DNA from: Nageia nagi | Taxonomy: Eukaryota; Plantae; Pinophyta | Assembly: GCA_050084985.1 (NCBI GenBank) | Contig: JBITNC010000001.1 | Coordinates: 38,068,001 to 38,132,000, forward strand | DNA length: 64,000 nt | Direction of reading: 5' to 3' | Shown here: in pieces, positions 40,700 to 54,266 of the stretch | Layout: every line of letters begins with the position of its first letter | Position numbering within the stretch: position 1 is the first letter of the stretch | The notes under the pieces: model-generated | The model's input: the letters and a program-made list of their open reading frames with translations, nothing else | Databases searched by the model: none | Told to the model about the DNA's origin: nothing | Made by a program: the position numbers and the translations under genes

Positions 40700-41440
40700 G
40701 ATAATTCTTCCCAGAGTAGGATATCTTACTTCATTCAAATTCAGAAAGCCATATCCATATCTCCCAAACTACGATTCCAAATCACTTGATTCTTTTTGTA
40801 AATGGTTAATAATGAAGTTAAGAATATGTGATTAAATTTTGATCCCATATGGAGAGATATTAAATATTGAAAATGCTTACTTCACATAGATGGTACTTAC
40901 CCGATGGGATTCAAGTGTTATCTGATACAATCAAATTCAGAAAGCGATATCCCCCAAAATATGAATCTATTTAACCTGATTGGTTTTGCATAAGGTAAAG
41001 GGTGAAACAAAGAATCTATGGTAAAAAATGAAAGCATGTCAAATAGTAGAAATATATTAAGCAAGATATTTATGGTCAGGTGTGGCTTACCCGATGAAGA
41101 AGGAGCTCACCCAATGAGTCAAATTCAAAAGGTCATATGTCTTAAAATACAGATCTGTTTGACCTGATTATTTTTGCAAAGGGTAAAGTGTGAAGTAAAG
41201 GATCTACAATGAAAATTTCAAAGCATTTGAAATAGTATAGTATGCTAGATAAGACGTTTATGCTCAGGTATGGCTTACCTGATGGAGAAGAGGCTTACAC
41301 AATCAACCAAATTCAAAAGGTTATATTTTTTAAAGTATAAATTTGTTTGACATCATTATTGAAGTGTTGGAAAGGTATTGATGTCAAATATCTACTGTAA
41401 AAATGCTACTGCATCTAAATAAGTAAAATTAGGTCGAATA
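40700..41440. repeat. Degenerate tandem array, ~188-bp unit, ~4 copies
   Basis: CAAATTCA(G/A)AA..(C/G/T)ATAT anchors at ~40736, 40932, 41120, 41308. TTACC(C/T)GATG anchors at ~40897, 41087, 41275. Confidence 0.85.
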
Positions 41441-43987
41441 AGCCAATAGGGGTTCAAACTAGTTTCCAAAGTATCAAACAAGAGTTCCCACCATTGGTTA
41501 ATCCTGCAAACTATTGGATAAGTAAAAAAACCATTGGATAAGGTATTTTATGGTTGGATCAAAGCACATAAAGGTGATATATTATTAAAATATCATATCA
41601 CATTAAATAATATTTTCATCTTGCAAAGAAAAAGGTATTGGGTTATTTTGTATAGAGATATTTTTGTGGCCCCAAATTCCTTTAGACCCATGGCATATGT
41701 AAAAACAATTAGAAAATAAGTGATTTTCATAAAGAAGCATGTTGGATAGGTGAAAACTTTTTTAAGATCCTTTTTGGAAAGTGTTTTTTTTTCCCTCTTG
41801 TATTGGATGAATCAGAGTGCTACAACAAAAAATCAAAACGATTACTTCCTCATCATGAAGATTCTAGTTATGCCTATATGAAGAATGAGCAAGTATTATG
41901 GATCTTTTTCCCGTTTTGCAAAGATGGCTAGGTAACTTGTTGATGCCTTGCTAAGGTTTTAGGGTTTTTCTTCATTTTCTTAGTACGTTTATTATTTTTT
42001 CTCCGTCTTCTTCTAATGTGGTTTTTAGGAAACAAGCAAGGGAATTTGATGTTTTTACTATGTTCGAGTTGAGCCAAGCTTGCAAGTAGTGTAGGTTTGG
42101 TAGAAACATTTTTGCCATATTATCTATCACAATATTTGGGCAGACTCTATGAGATTGTAATTATTGAACCTATTCAAGTATTGTTCAGTGGTTGCATGTC
42201 AAACTCTGGTTATAATATTCAAAGGTGTTTCCTTTGTACATGTTATATTATTTCTACATGTGAATGGCTTTTGTGCTTCATTTATTGTTATAAGTATTAA
42301 ACAGTAGATGAATGCTTCTTCTACCATGTATAAAGCTTGGTTTAACATTATTTGGTTGTTGAGTATTATTGAATGTGGTCCTTTTTCTTTGTTTTTGCAT
42401 CTCATTTCCATTTGTATAATACTTTGTAGCCCAATGAAAATGGCACCAATCTGCTAGTGTAGTGAAGTCTTGTGTATGGTAATGTGATCATCTTCTTTGA
42501 TAAAAGCATTTTCCCTATTTGTATTGTTTATAATCGGTAGATCTCCGAGTTTAGCTCCATATTTTTAGTGAGAGATCAAAAGAGGGTTACAATCCCAAGT
42601 TATTGTTTTATCAATAGGTCTAGCACTTCTGTATAGTGGCTTAGATTGCCTAAAACAAAGGTTATAATCGGGTAACGTCATACATCTGTTGACACTTAGA
42701 GAGGTTAGTGCTTCGTGACACCAATTTGAATGCATCATTCAAAGGGGGGCTAATCTTTGTCATAAGAATTATATAACTTTTTCTCCTTAGTCTTTTAATT
42801 CCCTTCTTTTGGTGCTTATATTCCTTCTTGAGGCTTGATAATTAATTTATCAACCATTGGACCTAAAGGGTGCAAAGTAAGCTATGCAATTTTTGAAATT
42901 ATACCTTTTATTTTATTTTTTTGTTTGAGAAATACATCATTATAGATAATTTGGTCGTACTTCTTATAAGCAGAAAAATGTAGACACTTGAAATCATTCA
43001 TTTTCAAAATTTATTTGTCACACATATAAATGTTAATGACACATTTACACCATTTCAACGATTTTTGATCTTGTTTCATGTTTTTTGTTAATGTCAACAT
43101 TCAATAACCAACCTATTTTTGGCAAAAACGAATGGGTAAGATTTTTGTTTATTCCCCCTTAGCCCCTTAAAGCAAATTTAGGCCTTACTTCTTGGTGAAA
43201 ATCCTAATATGATTTTATCTAAATCTTATTTTCGGGGTTTTGACCCCAGACATGTAAATTTTAGCTACTTAATTTGAATTTCATTGTCATTTCGTATTTT
43301 ATTTTTCCTAGAACCTGCTTTTGGTTGCTTATAAAAACGGCTTTTTTTTATTTGCAAAAGTTATCTTTTTCCGTCCTACCTTCTATATTGGAGCTTATCA
43401 CACTTTTTATTTCTATTGTGGTTTTCTTTTCTATATTTTAAACATTCTTTTATTTCATATAAGGGTACTTCAACTCTATCTGAGCTTTCTAAGCCTTCAC
43501 AAATAATGTAGAATTATTAAACCACTTTATAATGAGGAATGACATCAAGTTTTAAATTTGGACCTTAATTATAGAAATTGCTCACTGTACATTTTAATAA
43601 ATCTTGATACAAGTATGTTATATGTTTTTTATTTGTAACTTTTAAAGTTATTGGGAGTTTACTCATATTTGGTGATATTCGACTATGAACAAAATAAATA
43701 AATAAAAATTAATAAAAGTAAGAAAAACTCAAAATTACATTAAAGGAAGATACTTCTTCATTTTTTTGCCAAGCCTAATATACATATGAGTTTTTTTTTT
43801 GCATACAAGCTATTATCAAAAAGTTGAATGGCTAGAAGAGGACCCCTCTTGATTTTTTCTTTCCGTCCTAGTTGATTTCTCCTATGTATATATGGAAACA
43901 AAACTCATGTTTAGACTTCTACATATATACTTTTTTTGGATAACCTTATAGATCCTACAAACCATTAGGTTTAAAAGGACATTAAAA

Positions 43988-43988
43988 G

Positions 43989-44020
<32 letters not shown>
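43988..44020. repeat. (GT)n-(TA)11 microsatellite abutting an LTR
   Basis: Read directly from the sequence. Confidence 0.9.
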
Positions 44021-44021
<1 letters not shown>

Positions 44022-45191
44022 TATGAGCCGTTCTAGAGCTCACTCCTAAAACGTGCCTTAAAAAAGGGACATCTGGCTTCTTTCTCCAAAATTGCTCAAG
44101 TCAATCTCAAACATGCATAAAATATCCAACAACTTGCTAGGAATGAAAAATATGGAATCGAACTTGCAGAAAATACCTTCAAATCCAACGTTTAGCTAAG
44201 ATGAGCAAATATGACAATAATGAAAGCAAATACCTCTAGTATCCTAACGTCTTAGCCAAGAAGCAAAATGGTACTTTAACATTGCAAAATGCTCCACAAA
44301 TTCAACTTCCTAGTTCAAGAGCCAAAATAGATATTAAACAATGCAAATATTAGTCCAAATCCAACGTTGCAACTAGGAAGAGCAAATAGCAATGCGATAT
44401 TGTAATTATGCTTTCAAATCCAATGTCCAAGCAAAGAGAGATAAATAACAAGATATGGATGGCAAAATGTAATTGTATTTGATATAGCAAGAATAAAGCA
44501 GTTATAATATTTTTGTCAGGCTAAGGAGTTTGTACCAGGACTATTTCCAATAGGGTTATTTCGGATGGTTCCAGGGCCTTACCAATCCCAAAAGTAGTGA
44601 GGTAAGACCAGGTAAGCTCTACAACAACTGTGATGGAACAAGCAACGTTCGTCTCAAGATGGCTAAAGTGAGTTCAAGGGTAGCCTCCTATCCCCTCGAT
44701 ACCTTAAATGCAGGTTTCCCTACAAGTGGTGAAGAAAGTTCTCACACTCAATTCGAAAAAGGGGTTTAATAATCAAATTCAGCATATCTCATAGTGGTTA
44801 TGAGTTTTCTTGTTATAGGTGAGGGTGATCATCTTCTAATCTTGCATTGAGATGATCTGATATTTGAGAGATGTGATTCATGTGCTCATGTATTCAATGT
44901 CCAAGACAATGAGCCTTGGGATGGATGAAATCACATCTAAGGGTCAGGAATGCTAAGTTCCAAGAGGGATGATGCTGGAGCACCTCGTGATTAGTGCCAT
45001 AGTTCCTTGTGCTTAGGAAGGCTAACATGGGATCTTGGGATGCTCCCATACCCAACGTTTATGCTAAGGTTGTCTAGTTGCCTTGAGATTGCCAACGCCT
45101 AGTTCGAAGTGCCATGTCCATCCTTGAAGCTCCAAATAACCTCGTAATCGGTGCAATCACCTAAGGGGATGCTCTACCTTGAAGATGGGAG

Positions 45192-48100
45192 TGATGAATT
45201 TAAGAAAATTCAAATAAGCAAAATTAGAGCTAAGATATAATAATAGTAAATGGAACTGAATAGGAGTAAGCTTAATTAATGTGAAAACTAGATTACAATA
45301 TATGAAGTTCAGTAATGAAGCTTTATTCACTCTTCAATTATGAGAGTTATAGGAAATTGTAAACTACAATAATACAATTTTTGCATTAACCAAACTAAAC
45401 TAAGTTACAAGTATTTTAATCTAGTAATTGATGCCAAGAACATTTACACATGTCGAATACTCCAAGGCGAGCTATAAGATAAAAGAAAAACACACAAGAA
45501 AGTAAAAAAAAATGCCTCAAGAATGGGAAGTTACAAGGCACTTTAAATCTGGGCCTAATTGGTAGGCTGCATATCGGTTAGACAAGTCTAAGTGGTTGGT
45601 TGAGGACCAGTTGGTACATTTGGGGCCTGGTTGGTAGATGATCGATTGGCTAGCCGATTTGCAGGGTACCAGATGGTTAGTAAATGCAGAAGACATGAAA
45701 ATTGTTTCGGGACTTATGCTGAGTTTCCAACATTCTCCTCCTTGATGCGAAGAGGGCTCACCATGCTCATTTATAGAGCCTTAATAACACCTTTCGTGAA
45801 GATATCGACCAAATTGATCTTGGTATCGCAATATTGAAGCTCAATTTATTTCTTCTCCACCATGTCACATATAAAATGGTACTTCAATTGAAAGTGCTTT
45901 GACCTGTTGTGTTGGATGTGGGATTGTGTGCCAATTGAATGGTACTCTGATTGTCACAGTAAAGAATGGTTGTTTGATGTTGTTTCTCACCAATCTCTTC
46001 AAGTAAATTCCTCAACCTCAATGCTTGAGAGCTAGCTATTGTGAGAGCAATATACTCTGCTTCACAAGAGGAAAGTGCTACTATAGACCGCTTCTTGGAG
46101 CTCCACGTAATCAGACCTGAAGCAAGTGAGAAACATCGTCTAGAAGTAGATTTCCTGTCATCTAGATTGTTTCCCCAATCACTATCATTGAAACCAACTA
46201 GTTCCATCTTCTTCACATAAGAATAATGGAGACCAAAATTAATGGTGCCTTTAACATATCTCAAAATTTGTTTTGTAGGCTTCATATGCAAAATGGAAGG
46301 ATCATTCATATATCTAGGCACCATTGAGACAATAAATTGAATATCAGGCCTAGTATTGCAAAGAAACATGAGACTTCCTACAATGTTCCTAAATTTTGTT
46401 ACATTTGTTTTTGGAGCACCATCATCTTTGCAAAGCAACTCTCCATGAGCTACATGATTTAAAACAATAGTACAATTATCCATACCATATTTTGTGAGCA
46501 TGTCTCTTGCATACTTGCTTTGGCAAACAAAAAATTGTTCTTGACATTGGTGGACCTCCATGCCAAGAAAGTACCTCATAAGGCCTAGATACTTAATATC
46601 AAACTCATGCATCAAATTAGTTCTTAATTTGTCATTCATGATAGAATCGCTTCCTATATAAATTAAATCATAAACATAAATAGAAACATGTAAAATCTTA
46701 TTAGCTTCTCTCTTGATGTAGAGTGTTGGCTTATTTTTGCTCCTAATGAGCCCAAACATCTGGAAGTATCTATCAATCTGGGTGTACCAAGCTTTTGGAG
46801 ACTGCTTAAGGCCATACAAGGCCTTCTTGAGCTTGTACACATTATGCACTTTACCTTGCATTTGAAATCCTTGAGGTTGCTGCACATAAACTTCCTCATC
46901 TAAGTAGCCATTCAAGAATGCACTCTTTACATCCTTGTGATGTACATTCCAATGCTTTTGGGCAGCCAATGAAAGAAACATTCTTGCAGTTTCTTGCCTT
47001 GCAATCAATGCAAAAGTCTCCTCAAAATCCACACCATATTTTTGTGTGAACCCTTTGGCAACCAATCTTGCTTTATGTCTTTCAATTGTTCCATCACTAT
47101 TGTATTTAGTTTTGTAGACCCATTTGGAGGCTACAAATCTCTGAGCTTTGGGAAACTCACAAAGTTCCCAAGTATCAATCTTTTCAATTGAGTGAAGCTC
47201 TTCTTGCATGGCCTTCAACCACACATTTTTGGTGTAAGCTTCCTCATAACAAGATGGATCAAAATTAGAAAAAATAACATTCTGGGCTGCACCATAATGC
47301 ATAATTAACTATGTCCCCCTTTAAGTCTTCATATATTTCCATATCAATAAATTGCTTCACAAATTTTTCCATTTTATGAAATTGATTTCTAGTAAGCTTT
47401 TGATGAAAGTTTGGATCTAAAATGTGAGGAGGATGGTTTTGAAAATGTTTTTTGCCTCTTTTTGTCTTCATCACTTCTTGACTCACATTTGGAGAACCTC
47501 CACTTGAAGGAGAAGTAGGGGTGGATTTGGAGTTGCTAGAGGGACTTGATGGAAGACTTGGAGGCACCACTTGAAGATTTGGAAGAGAATTGGATCTCTT
47601 AGGTTGCACATGCTTCAAATTTGAAGTATTTTCATGGCTGGGCACTTCTCAAATTTCCACAATGCATTTTTGCTTCTGTTCATAGATATTCCCCTCCTCA
47701 AAAATGACATCCCTAGACATAATTATTTTTCTATTTTTTAGATTGTAAAGCTTATATGCATTACTCTCTTTATTATACCCAATGAACACACATGGTTCAT
47801 TTTTTGTATCCAATTTTTTCCTGTTTTCTTTTGGCACATGAGCAAATGCCAAATAACCAGAAATTCTGAAATGCTGGACAATTGGCTTCTTGTCATACTA
47901 AGCTTCAAAAGGAGTCTTTCTTTAACTATACTAGTTGAGCATCTATTTAAAATGTAATTGGATGTTCTCACTGCTTCAACCCAATACATGTTATGCAATT
48001 TTTTGGATGGCAATAAACATCTTGCCATCTCCATGAGAGTTCTATTTTTTTTCTTAGCAAGTCCATTTTGTTGAGGAGTATAGGCTGTAGTATATTCTCT

Positions 48101-50559
48101 TAATACCATTTTCTTTGCAAAAATCAGTAAATTCAGTAGAGACATACTCTTCCCCTCTATCACTTCTTATATATGTAATTTTATGCTCACTTTTCTTCTC
48201 AACCAACTCCTTGAATTCCTTAAACAACCTAAATGCCTCATCTTTATGTTTGAGAAAATAAACCTAGTACATTCTACCTTAACCATCAATAAAAATGAAG
48301 TAATAGGAATTCATACCAATACTCTTGGATAGCATTGGTCCACATAAATTAGTATGCACCAATTGTAGTGGGAATGAGGCCCTCCATGCTTTTCCATGAT
48401 CAAATTTCTGTCTTGTTTGCTTGTCCAAAACACAAGCTTCACAAATAGATTTTGGATATTCAATAAGAGGCAAACCATGAACAAGATCATGAGATAGCTT
48501 CAAGCTATTAAAATTCAAGTGGCCAAATCTGTGATGCCACAACCAAGACATGTCATTTACAATTAGATTTGCAAGAAGACTATCCCCTTTATCTCTAAGC
48601 TTCAATGGAAATAACTAATTTACAGTCATGTGAACAGTAGTAACATGCTTGTTCACATTATTCTTGTAAAAAATTTCATATTTTCCTTCTTCAAAAACCA
48701 ACTTGTAGTTGTTCTCCATAATCTGCCTGACACTAAGCAAACTATGAGCCATATTCGAAATGTGGTAAATGTTATTTACTTTCTTCATTCCATGCTTGGT
48801 AGGCACTACAAGCATGCCTTTACGAGCCATATCTATTGCATAATTATTGCCAAGTTTAATGCTTTACTTGTAAGAATGATGAATGGAGGAGAGTAGCTCC
48901 CCCTTTCTGGTCATATGGTTTGAGCAATCGGTGTCCAACAACTAAGTTTCTTCACTTTTTGTTTTAGTTACATTGGCTGTCTCCTCCATGGAAAGAAAGA
49001 GAGTTTCACCATACTCTTCTTCCTCTCCATAATTTTCTGCTCTTCCTTCACGACTAGTTTCTTGTTTTGCTCTATACTCCATCTCATAATTCCCATATTT
49101 GTTGCAGTAAAAGCATTGAGCTTTCCTCTTGTCACTATTGCCTTTACCTCTTCCTTTTGTGTTCGAAGAGCCTCCTCTTCCTCTACCTCTAACTTTGCCT
49201 CTCTTGTGGTTTCTACCTCTTCCTCTTTCATTTCCATTTGAGCTTGATCCACCTTCTTTTGCAGCAAAGGCTTTCTCCTCTTTATTTGACTGAACTTACT
49301 CATCATCTATCCTCTTTTCATGAGACATAAGAGAGCCAATGAGAGTATCAATCTCCATTTGAGAGCGGTATTTAGTTTCCATCAATATCACAACAATGTG
49401 ATTCCACTTTTTGGTGAGAGATCTTAGAATTTCTTTAATAACTATTCCCTTTTCCAAGGTCTCTCCAAGAGTTAACATCTTGTTTACAATCTCCTTCACT
49501 TTAACATAGTAATTTGAAGCTTTCTCAGTTTCCCTTATCTTGAGAGTCTCAAATTCTATCCTTAGAGTTTGCGACTTTACTTCTTTAACTTGGTCACTCC
49601 TTAGAAGCCTTCCTTCAACACTTTCCAAGCATCTTTGGTTTTCTTAAAATTTGCAATTATGGGAAAAATGCTCTTGTCGAGAGCTGCTTGGAGGTGAGAA
49701 AAGGCAAGAGAGTTCTTGCTCCTACATTCCTTCTTGGTCTTCTTATCATCTGTTGAAAGAGTGCTCTAATCTGCTGGCTCTGTGTGGCTATCATCAACAA
49801 TGTCCTATAAATCTTTACCTATGAGCAAAGTTTGTATCTTTATGCTTTAGTACTCATAATCACTGCCATCAAACATTGGAATAGGAATTGATAAGCTTGT
49901 GTTGGTAGCCATTATACCTGCAAATAAGGAAACCATGACTCTACAAGCAACCATTGCAATTGTAATAAGCCATAGGCTTTCTCAAACCGAACTAAGACCC
50001 AACACAGCTCTGATATCAAATCATGAATTCGAGAAAATTCAAATAAACAAAATTGGAGCTAAGATACAATAATCGTAAGTGGAACTGAATAGGAACAAAT
50101 TTAATTAATATAAAAACCATATTACAATATATGAAGTTCAGTAATGAAGCTTCATTCACTCTTTAATGGTGAGAGTTAGAGGAAATTGGAAACTACAGTA
50201 ATACAACACTTTCATTAACCAAACTAAACTAAGTTACAAGTATTCTAACCTAGTAACTGATGCCAAGAACATTTACACATGTCAAATACTCCAAGAAGAG
50301 CTAGAATATGAAAGAAAAACGCACAAGAAAGCAAAAAAAAGCCTCAAGAATTGGAAGTTACGAGGCACTTCAAAACTTGGCCCAACCGGTAGGTTGCAGA
50401 TTGATTGGACAGGTCTAATCGGTTGGTTGAGGATCGATTGACACATTTGGGGGTTTGTTCGCAAAGGATCAATTGGCTAGCTGGCCTGCAAGGTACCGAC
50501 TGGTTAGTAAACTCAGAAGACATGAAAATTATCTCGGGAAATGTGTTGAGTTTCCAACA
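45192..50559 (-). mobile_element. Full-length degenerate Ty1/Copia (Copia-B) with a perfect 5-bp TSD
   Basis: LTRs at 45192-45732 and 50021-50559. TSD GGGAG (45187-45191 and 50560-50564). PBS TGATATCAGAGC (mutated Met). PPT AAGGAGGAGAA. Gag, protease, integrase, RT and RNase H remnants on the minus strand. Confidence 0.97.
45884..47302 (-). pseudogene. Copia-B reverse transcriptase/RNase H segment (472-aa open frame, catalytically mutated)
   Basis: KWVYKTK, KARLVAKGF, DVKSAFLNG, LKKALYGLKQ, YVYD in place of YVDD, TRPDI, DSDW, ALSSCEAEY, YCDNQS. Confidence 0.93.
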
Positions 50560-50899
50560 GGGAGCATTAATGACTAGAGATACATTTAATACCAATATTA
50601 CAATCATCAAGGCTGAAATATGCATCACCTCGTTTAATGAGACTAATATTGCATTTACAATTATAATTGCTTCGATATCACAAATACAACATTTATTTGC
50701 ATTTTGACAAATAACAAAATAAAAATAAATAATTAAAGGGCTATTTATTCTATAATTAGAGCATTATTAAGTCTTTAAGTGGAATTTACAACATTTTGGT
50801 CAGATTCTTCTAAAATAGACAAAAACACTTCTAAATTAATGTTCCCATTTATCATAGGTGAAATGGGGAAAACACCAAAAAAATGAGAACATTACAAGT

Positions 50900-51939
50900 T
50901 CGTCCTCCCCAAATTGCTTGCCCTCAAACAATTCGTAAAGTCCACTATTGTATCAACATTTTCTTGTCCAATCCAAGAATCTTCAATATTCGGTGCAATA
51001 ACCAATCGTGCCCAAGCTGAATACCTTTGATGACCTTTTGTCCCTTGAAGAAGAAGCTCACCTCTTATCGCTGAAAATTAGTTTGAAAATTGCTCGAGGG
51101 ATAAATCCATTGAACTCCAAGGGTTATCTCTTGCAAGCTATCTTGGGGAAAGAAATAAAATTTGTCCTCAAGGACATAGTTTCCCATCTTGATACCGAGT
51201 CTTACTAATTGATCACAAAAGGTATAATGCCCATGAGCAATAAAGACATAGAATGCATTTATCATATTTGTTGGGAGGTTTCTTCTTACTACAAACCCTA
51301 GGTCAATGAAGCTTTGTGTGGCTCCATTGTTAATCAGAACGAAAACTTCCTTTCCCATTGTCACTTTGATTCTAATAGAATTGTAGTGTGGAACCAAGTG
51401 ACTGACCATTATCCGTATGTCTGAAATGATCCTTTGAGAGGGGTGACCTTTCTTTAATGGTGGGTGATGTTGTGATGCCCTATCTTCATTATGTGCAAAG
51501 TTACTTTCTTTCGAGAGTGTATGTGTACCTGTTCCCTTTGAGCATTAGGATGTACCTCTCTTAGTGGCATCGTATCCAACACTTCTCCCTTATTCACCTC
51601 TATGAAGTACCGAAAACTCAATGCTTCATTGATATCTTATGGGAGGGTTGAATAAACCTAGAATAATTTGCATAAGGATGAGGTGAGTGTAGTAGAGGTA
51701 TAGAGAACCTCTTGGCTAGTCGTTACCTTTTTCTTCTTCCCATGTTTGCATTCTTTCTTATGAATCCTCCCTTTTCTGTCAATCTTCACTATAGATGCAT
51801 TCCTAATATGAAACCCTTCATCTTGGCCTTCACAATGGTGATGTGATGATCACAACTCCTTACAACAACAACAAACCTTGTAGTACCCTAGAAGTTTTTG
51901 AAGGAAAACCTGCTCATTGCTCATACTTGAAGATGCCAT
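50900..51939 (-). pseudogene. Zn-knuckle + aspartic protease + chromodomain-tail remnant of the non-autonomous element
   Basis: ATG at 51939 (ACCATGG) leads into KVCCCCKEL*SSHHHC. ORF 51065-51409 has VLINNGATQSFID...LGVQWI. It is followed by EDSWIGQENV and LFEGKQF just before the PPT. Confidence 0.72.
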
Positions 51940-52836
51940 GGTGATACCTTAGTGCCAATGATTTGAGGAAATCCTTGCATCTGAAAAATGGCCTCAAATT
52001 TTTCGAATTATGGCCTCAAAATGTGGATGTCCTCCTTCTGGTGGAAGAATGATGATGAGAAGACCTCAAAACTCGAATTTGAGCCATCGAGAAGCCCAAC
52101 GACTTGTTCCTAAATGATTATCTCCATCTAGGGTGCCCAACGAACTCTTTTGAAGTGCTCTATAAGTCCTTTGCTTCCTCACTGTCCAACACCTAACCTC
52201 CCTAGCTTGGATTCGAAATTGCCATCTCAAATTTGGTGTGTCCTCTTGGTAGCCCAACATTTGGCTTTATAGGGCTAGGAGATAATTTGAACTTGTATTT
52301 TTTCACCAAAATTACACTTTCCCCTCCAAAATTCAAAATTTTAAGCACAATCAAATATAAAATCCAAAATAACACTTTATCCCTCTTTTTTATCATTGCT
52401 TGTCAAAAATAAAGAAAAACTGCTTAAAAATAATTTTTATTTTGAGTCATGATAAAAGAAAAAACATTTTTGTATGTTTCAAATATTTTCTTACCTTATT
52501 ACTCTTAAAAATAAAATAAAATAAAATAATTTTATCTTTTCTCCTTATTTCTCCTATTCAATAATAATTAAAATATGAAACACTCAAATTACTCAAACAT
52601 GAAATTTTAGTTTTGCCATGATAAAATGAGCTAATCGAATCTTGATCCTGTGGGTTATGGGCCCAAAGAAAAAACTCTGAATTAGGGTGTGCCCTCTTGA
52701 AGCTTAGTGTCCACACACACAAGTTGGATAGTGCAAATCCAATTGTGAATTTCGAAATTTTGCCAAGATACTAATCGTTTAACCTTCAAGGGATGAATTT
52801 TTGCAAGAGTACAACAAATGGAGCCTATTATACACT

Positions 52837-52946
52837 CAACGTCTCACTTCCAACTTTAGATTTTGGACACAACATCAAAAATTCTCCAATGTCTCACTTC
52901 CAACTTTAGATTTTGGACACAACAACAAAAATTCTCCAACGTCTCC
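52837..52946. repeat. 50-bp tandem duplication
   Basis: CAA(C/T)GTCTC anchors at 52837, 52887, 52937. Confidence 0.92.
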
Positions 52947-53199
52947 TCCTTAGGCTTCCATTGTGCAAATACCATCGTCAAATTTAGCCAATACCGACAA
53001 ATTAATTGTCCTATTTCCCAACGACCTCCTCGCAGTGACTTGTAGCTCCAAATTTGCTAGAAAATATTGGCTATTGTGTCCAACGACCTTGCAAAATTAT
53101 TAATACTCACCTTCCATGATGAAAATGAATTAAAACTTACAAGTAAGGTTGCTTGTGATGCAGTTAAGTCACCTAATTAGCCTCAACAAGCCAACACCC

Positions 53200-53830
53200 C
53201 ATTTCTAGTGGTTTTGAAATGCAATAAAGTTTCGAGAAACCCTCTAGAAACTCAATGTATGGCCTTTAGTAACTTTGAAATGCAACAAAGAGTTTAAAAA
53301 CTCCTCCAAACCTCCAACTTTTAGCCTAGAATGAACTCAGAATGCCATACTATCTTCTAAAAAATCCTTAGTATGCCATATTTGCTTCAAGATGACTTCA
53401 AAATGCAGTTCAGACATTAGAACCTCCCTTAGTATGCCAATGTTCACTTAAGGATTGCTCCAAAATGTGGATCAATCTTCACAAATGCCTTCAATCTACT
53501 TACGTTTGACTTAGGGGACCCTCAAAATGCAGGAAGGAGCTTAGAAATGCCCTTGATATACCAATGTTTGGCCATAAATGGTCTTGAAACGCAAGATAAG
53601 CCTCAAAATCCTCCTAGTTGGCTAATATTTTCCCTTTGGTGGACTGAGAATGCAGAATAAACTTGGAAAGACACTCAAAATACCAACTTTTGTCTCCCAG
53701 AGAGCTCAAAATGTAAAATAAAGCTCAAAAATGCCCTCAATGATGCAACATCTAGCTTCAAGTGACCCATAAATGCAACGTTTGGCTTCAGGTGGTCTTG
53801 AAATGCAGCTTGATCCTCCAAATATCCCTC
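53200..53830. repeat. Degenerate ~62-bp tandem array (~10 units) in the element leader
   Basis: AAATG(C) anchors at ~53217, 53278, 53340, 53401, 53463, 53525, 53587, 53648, 53709, 53771. Confidence 0.8.
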
Positions 53831-54253
53831 AGAATTTGAAACTAGGACCAAAAAATGCCCAATGATTGGCTAGAATGATGAGTTAGGGCTCCTAGATCCC
53901 CAACATCTTGCTCCAAATGTCTAGATCCTTCGAAAACTCGTTCGAAATGATAATTGTGATGGTAGGTCAATTTCACTCTTTAACATGATAGCATGATCTC
54001 TCAGCAATTATCATTGTGAGCATTGTGATCTAGTAGAATATTACAATTAGTCTCCTTCAGCTTCTCCACTCCTTTAGCAACAACTCCTCAACTCTTACCC
54101 AACAACAAGGGCAAGATCTTTAACTTTAATCAACAAATCTTTCGTGTGTGATACCACTATGATGTGGGTATCCAAATCTTCAAACTCTTTTCAGCTCCAA
54201 CTCGAAACCCTTCGTGAATGATGCACTTGATTGCAACAAGATGACGGAATCAA

Positions 54254-54266
54254 GGCTCTGATACCA
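54254..54266 (-). promoter_or_regulatory. Primer-binding site (initiator tRNA-Met)
   Basis: GGCTCTGATACCA on the plus strand, 1 nt from the LTR boundary at 54268. Confidence 0.9.

Noticed and set aside
45884-47302. 472-aa RT ORF as an active or domesticated gene
   Set aside because: YVDD is mutated to YVYD, the ORF ends in a frameshift, the rest of the element is disrupted, and the LTRs differ at roughly 16 of the first ~110 positions. Chance survival of the frame is adequate.
53200-53830. Regular ~62-bp period as a CRISPR-like array
   Set aside because: There is no conserved repeat with unique spacers; whole units are degenerate, the context is a eukaryotic TE, and no cas genes are present.
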